A stretch of 64,000 bases of DNA, from NCBI GenBank assembly GCA_017403145.1, contig JAFQOO010000008.1, positions 102,064-166,063 of the forward strand, read 5' to 3'. This DNA is from Clostridia bacterium (lineage in GTDB: Bacteria > Bacillota > Clostridia > Christensenellales > DTU072). The notes under the pieces are model-generated. The model did not search any database. It worked only from the letters and a program-made list of their open reading frames with translations, and was not told the origin of the DNA. Made by a program: the position numbers and the translations under genes. Below are positions 61,783 through 64,000 of the stretch, piece after piece. Numbering within the stretch: position 1 is the first letter of the stretch; every line of letters starts with the position of its first letter.

Positions 61783-63150
61783 ATGTTAGATATTAAAAAT
61801 TTATGGAAAGAAGCTTGTAGCACTATTATAGGAATAAAAGGTATAAACGCCGTTTCTTATGCTGTTTGGATAGACTCCTTAACGCCCCTTTGTGTTAAGG
61901 ACAATTCTCTTGTTCTTCTTGCTCCTTCTTCGAATAACAAAGTTACCGTTAATAAGAATTATAAAGAGGCTATTTGCGAGGCTCTTACTCGCGTAGGCTC
62001 TATGATTACCGATATAACCGTTATTATCGAGCAAGAAAAGGATATCTATGCCGAAGAAATAAAACAATATTCCGAAATTACCAAAGAAAAACCCCAAATG
62101 GATACAAAACAACAATTTGTTTCTCGTTATACCTTTGATAATTTCGTTATAGGTGAATCCAATAATCTTGCATATAACGCTGCTCTTAACGTTGCACAAT
62201 CCCCCGGTGTTTCCAATACCACCTATCTTGGATTCAATCCCCTATTTATATATGGTGGAGTAGGTCTTGGTAAAACCCACCTTTTGCATTCTATAGGTAA
62301 TTATATTGCCGATAATATGCCGGAAATGAAGGTGCTTTATACTACCTCCGAGCAACTTATAAACGACTTTGTAAGCTCGCTTGCTTCCAACAAGATGGTG
62401 GCTTTCCGTACTAAATACCGCAGTGTAGACGTTTTAATGATAGACGATATACAATTCCTCAAAAAACGTACCGGTCTACAAGAAGCCATATTCCATATTT
62501 TTAACGACCTATATCTAAACGGAAAACAAATAGTCCTTACTTCCGACCGTCCTCCTAAAGAAATCGAAACTTTAGAGGACCGTCTTCTTTCTCGTTTTGA
62601 AGCAGGACTTATTGCAGATATCGGCGCTCCCAACCTAGATATGAGAATTGCTATTATCCGCAAAAAAATGGACTTCGAAAAAATAACGGTTAACGACGAC
62701 GTCGTTTATTATATCGCTGAAAAATGCGACTCTAACATCCGTGAACTAGAAGGTAATTTGAGTAGAGTTGTTTTCTATGCAAAACTAAAAGGTCTTCCCT
62801 GCCCTACTTTAGATATTGCAAAAGAAGCAATGAGCCACACCTCAACTAAAAAACAAGGTGTTATCGATAGCCAAGATATCATAAACGCAACTTGCAACTA
62901 TTTTAAAATAAATAAGTCCGATATCATTGGTAAAAAGAAGACCAAAGACCTCGCTGAAGCACGTATGATAGCTATCTATCTTATAACCGATATGCTCGCT
63001 ATTCCGCTTGTTTCTATTGGCCAATTATTCGGTGGTCGCGACCACACTACTATAATACACGCGCGCGATAAGATACATACCCAACTACAAGAAGGCAACC
63101 CTCAAATAAAGCGCGCTGTAGACGATATTAAAAATATGCTAAAGGACTAA
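61783..63150 (+). CDS. dnaA: Chromosomal replication initiator DnaA
   Basis: The N-terminus MLDIKNLWKEACSTI parallels the DnaA N-terminus. AAA+ core FIYGGVGLGKTHLLHSIGN, LMIDDIQFL. C-terminal DNA-binding domain ARMIAIYLITDM...IGQLFGGRDHTTIIHA. Confidence 0.97.
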   Translation: MLDIKNLWKEACSTIIGIKGINAVSYAVWIDSLTPLCVKDNSLVLLAPSSNNKVTVNKNYKEAICEALTRVGSMITDITVIIEQEKDIYAEEIKQYSEITKEKPQMDTKQQFVSRYTFDNFVIGESNNLAYNAALNVAQSPGVSNTTYLGFNPLFIYGGVGLGKTHLLHSIGNYIADNMPEMKVLYTTSEQLINDFVSSLASNKMVAFRTKYRSVDVLMIDDIQFLKKRTGLQEAIFHIFNDLYLNGKQIVLTSDRPPKEIETLEDRLLSRFEAGLIADIGAPNLDMRIAIIRKKMDFEKITVNDDVVYYIAEKCDSNIRELEGNLSRVVFYAKLKGLPCPTLDIAKEAMSHTSTKKQGVIDSQDIINATCNYFKINKSDIIGKKKTKDLAEARMIAIYLITDMLAIPLVSIGQLFGGRDHTTIIHARDKIHTQLQEGNPQIKRAVDDIKNMLKD

Positions 63151-63339
63151 GTGGAAAACTTTTTAAAGTGTGGATTACCCCTTGATAGAAATCAACTTTT
63201 TATCCACATTAAAAAGTAAACGTTTCCTCTATTTACTTTCATTTTTTAAGTAAATTTTGGCTGTCGTAACACTTATCCACATATCAACGATGCTTATTAT
63301 TATTAATAATCCTAATTCTTATAAATAAGGAGATAAAAT
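63151..63339 (+). promoter_or_regulatory. dnaA-dnaN intergenic region with three DnaA boxes (candidate oriC segment)
   Basis: TGTGGATTA (63169-63177, reverse orientation, one mismatch), TTATCCACA (63200-63208), TTATCCACA (63273-63281). An AT-rich stretch ATTATTATTAATAATCC follows. Confidence 0.65.
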
Positions 63340-64000
63340 ATGAAATTCATATGTAATACCGAAGAATTTTCAAACGCTACTGCAACCGTATCTAAAGCGA
63401 TATCGGCTAAACCTAATATTCCAATTTTGGAAGGTATAAAACTTTCCGTCCAAGAAGATACCGTTACCATTTCCGCAACCGATTTGGAACTCTTTATCGA
63501 AACTAAAATTAAAGCATCCGTTAAAATAGAGGGCGAATGTGTTGTAAATGGCAAATTCCTAAACGAATTCGTTAAAAAACTTACCTATTTAGACGAAATA
63601 GAGCTTGAAAAATTAGGTAATACTTTATTTATAAGATATGGTGATAACGAAACCGAAATTCAATGCTTAGAAGAAGATACCTATCCTGAAATCAGAAAGG
63701 TTTCCGATGAAGTTTTCTTCAAGGTTAAAGAAGGCGATTTAAAAGAAGCTATCGAAGCTATTAGCTACTGCGTCGCTCAAGACGATAACCGTCCTATTCT
63801 TAAAGGTATCCTTCTAGACCTACAAGGCGACGAGCTTACCGCTGTTGCCCTAGACGGATATAGACTAGGATATGCAAAATGTGAAGTAGTAGATTCTTCA
63901 AGAGGAGATTATAAGATTATTATCCCCGGTAAAACTCTTTCGGAAATAGCAAAGATTTTTGAAGAAGGAGATAAGATTATAAAAATAACTATGCAAAAGA
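63340..64000 (+). CDS. dnaN: DNA polymerase III beta sliding clamp, N-terminal part (runs off the window)
   Basis: ATG at 63340 with AAGGAGA upstream. The translation MKFICNTEEFSNATATVSKAISAKPNIPILEGIKLSVQEDTVTISATDLELFIE is the typical DnaN N-terminus. Not in the ORF track because it is open-ended. Confidence 0.9.
   Translation, partial: MKFICNTEEFSNATATVSKAISAKPNIPILEGIKLSVQEDTVTISATDLELFIETKIKASVKIEGECVVNGKFLNEFVKKLTYLDEIELEKLGNTLFIRYGDNETEIQCLEEDTYPEIRKVSDEVFFKVKEGDLKEAIEAISYCVAQDDNRPILKGILLDLQGDELTAVALDGYRLGYAKCEVVDSSRGDYKIIIPGKTLSEIAKIFEEGDKIIKITMQK

Overview
This is a low-GC, monoderm-type (Bacillota-like) chromosomal window: sigma-A style promoters, GGAGG ribosome-binding sites, many lipobox proteins, and dnaA-dnaN with DnaA boxes at the right end. 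I saw no tRNA, rRNA, CRISPR array, transposase or integrase. Left to right it holds: a LacI-controlled sugar ABC operon (1-7046); a ~15-kb all-minus-strand locus (7225-22213), which is the standout; an XRE regulator and SLOG/DUF1273 gene pair with perfect palindromic operators; an MFS transporter; a flavodoxin-like protein; a membrane CxxC / 4Fe-4S / TlpA redox cluster; a HipA-like kinase pair; three paralogous surface lipoproteins; a 2497-aa S8 protease with leucine-rich repeats; an Opp-like peptide ABC system with a giant substrate-binding protein; a GH3 glycosidase; a lipase-like protein; an S51 peptidase; and dnaA and dnaN. The standout locus combines three helical ESCRT-III/PspA-like proteins, a MIT-Vps4-like AAA ATPase, a RuvB-like AAA+ protein, a soluble VirD4/TraG-like (T4CP) ATPase with Sel1-repeat and YbjN/CesT-like partners, a YdjI-like SPFH protein, a membrane coiled-coil zinc-ribbon protein, and a private Hsp70 plus GrpE-like pair. 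I propose it as a candidate novel membrane-remodelling, export or conflict system. All domain calls come from motif reading only and need profile and structure searches. Secondary items include a ~330-365-bp hairpin-rich intergenic element present twice with compensatory stem changes, a triple tandem terminator module, and a CHCC mini-domain lipoprotein family.
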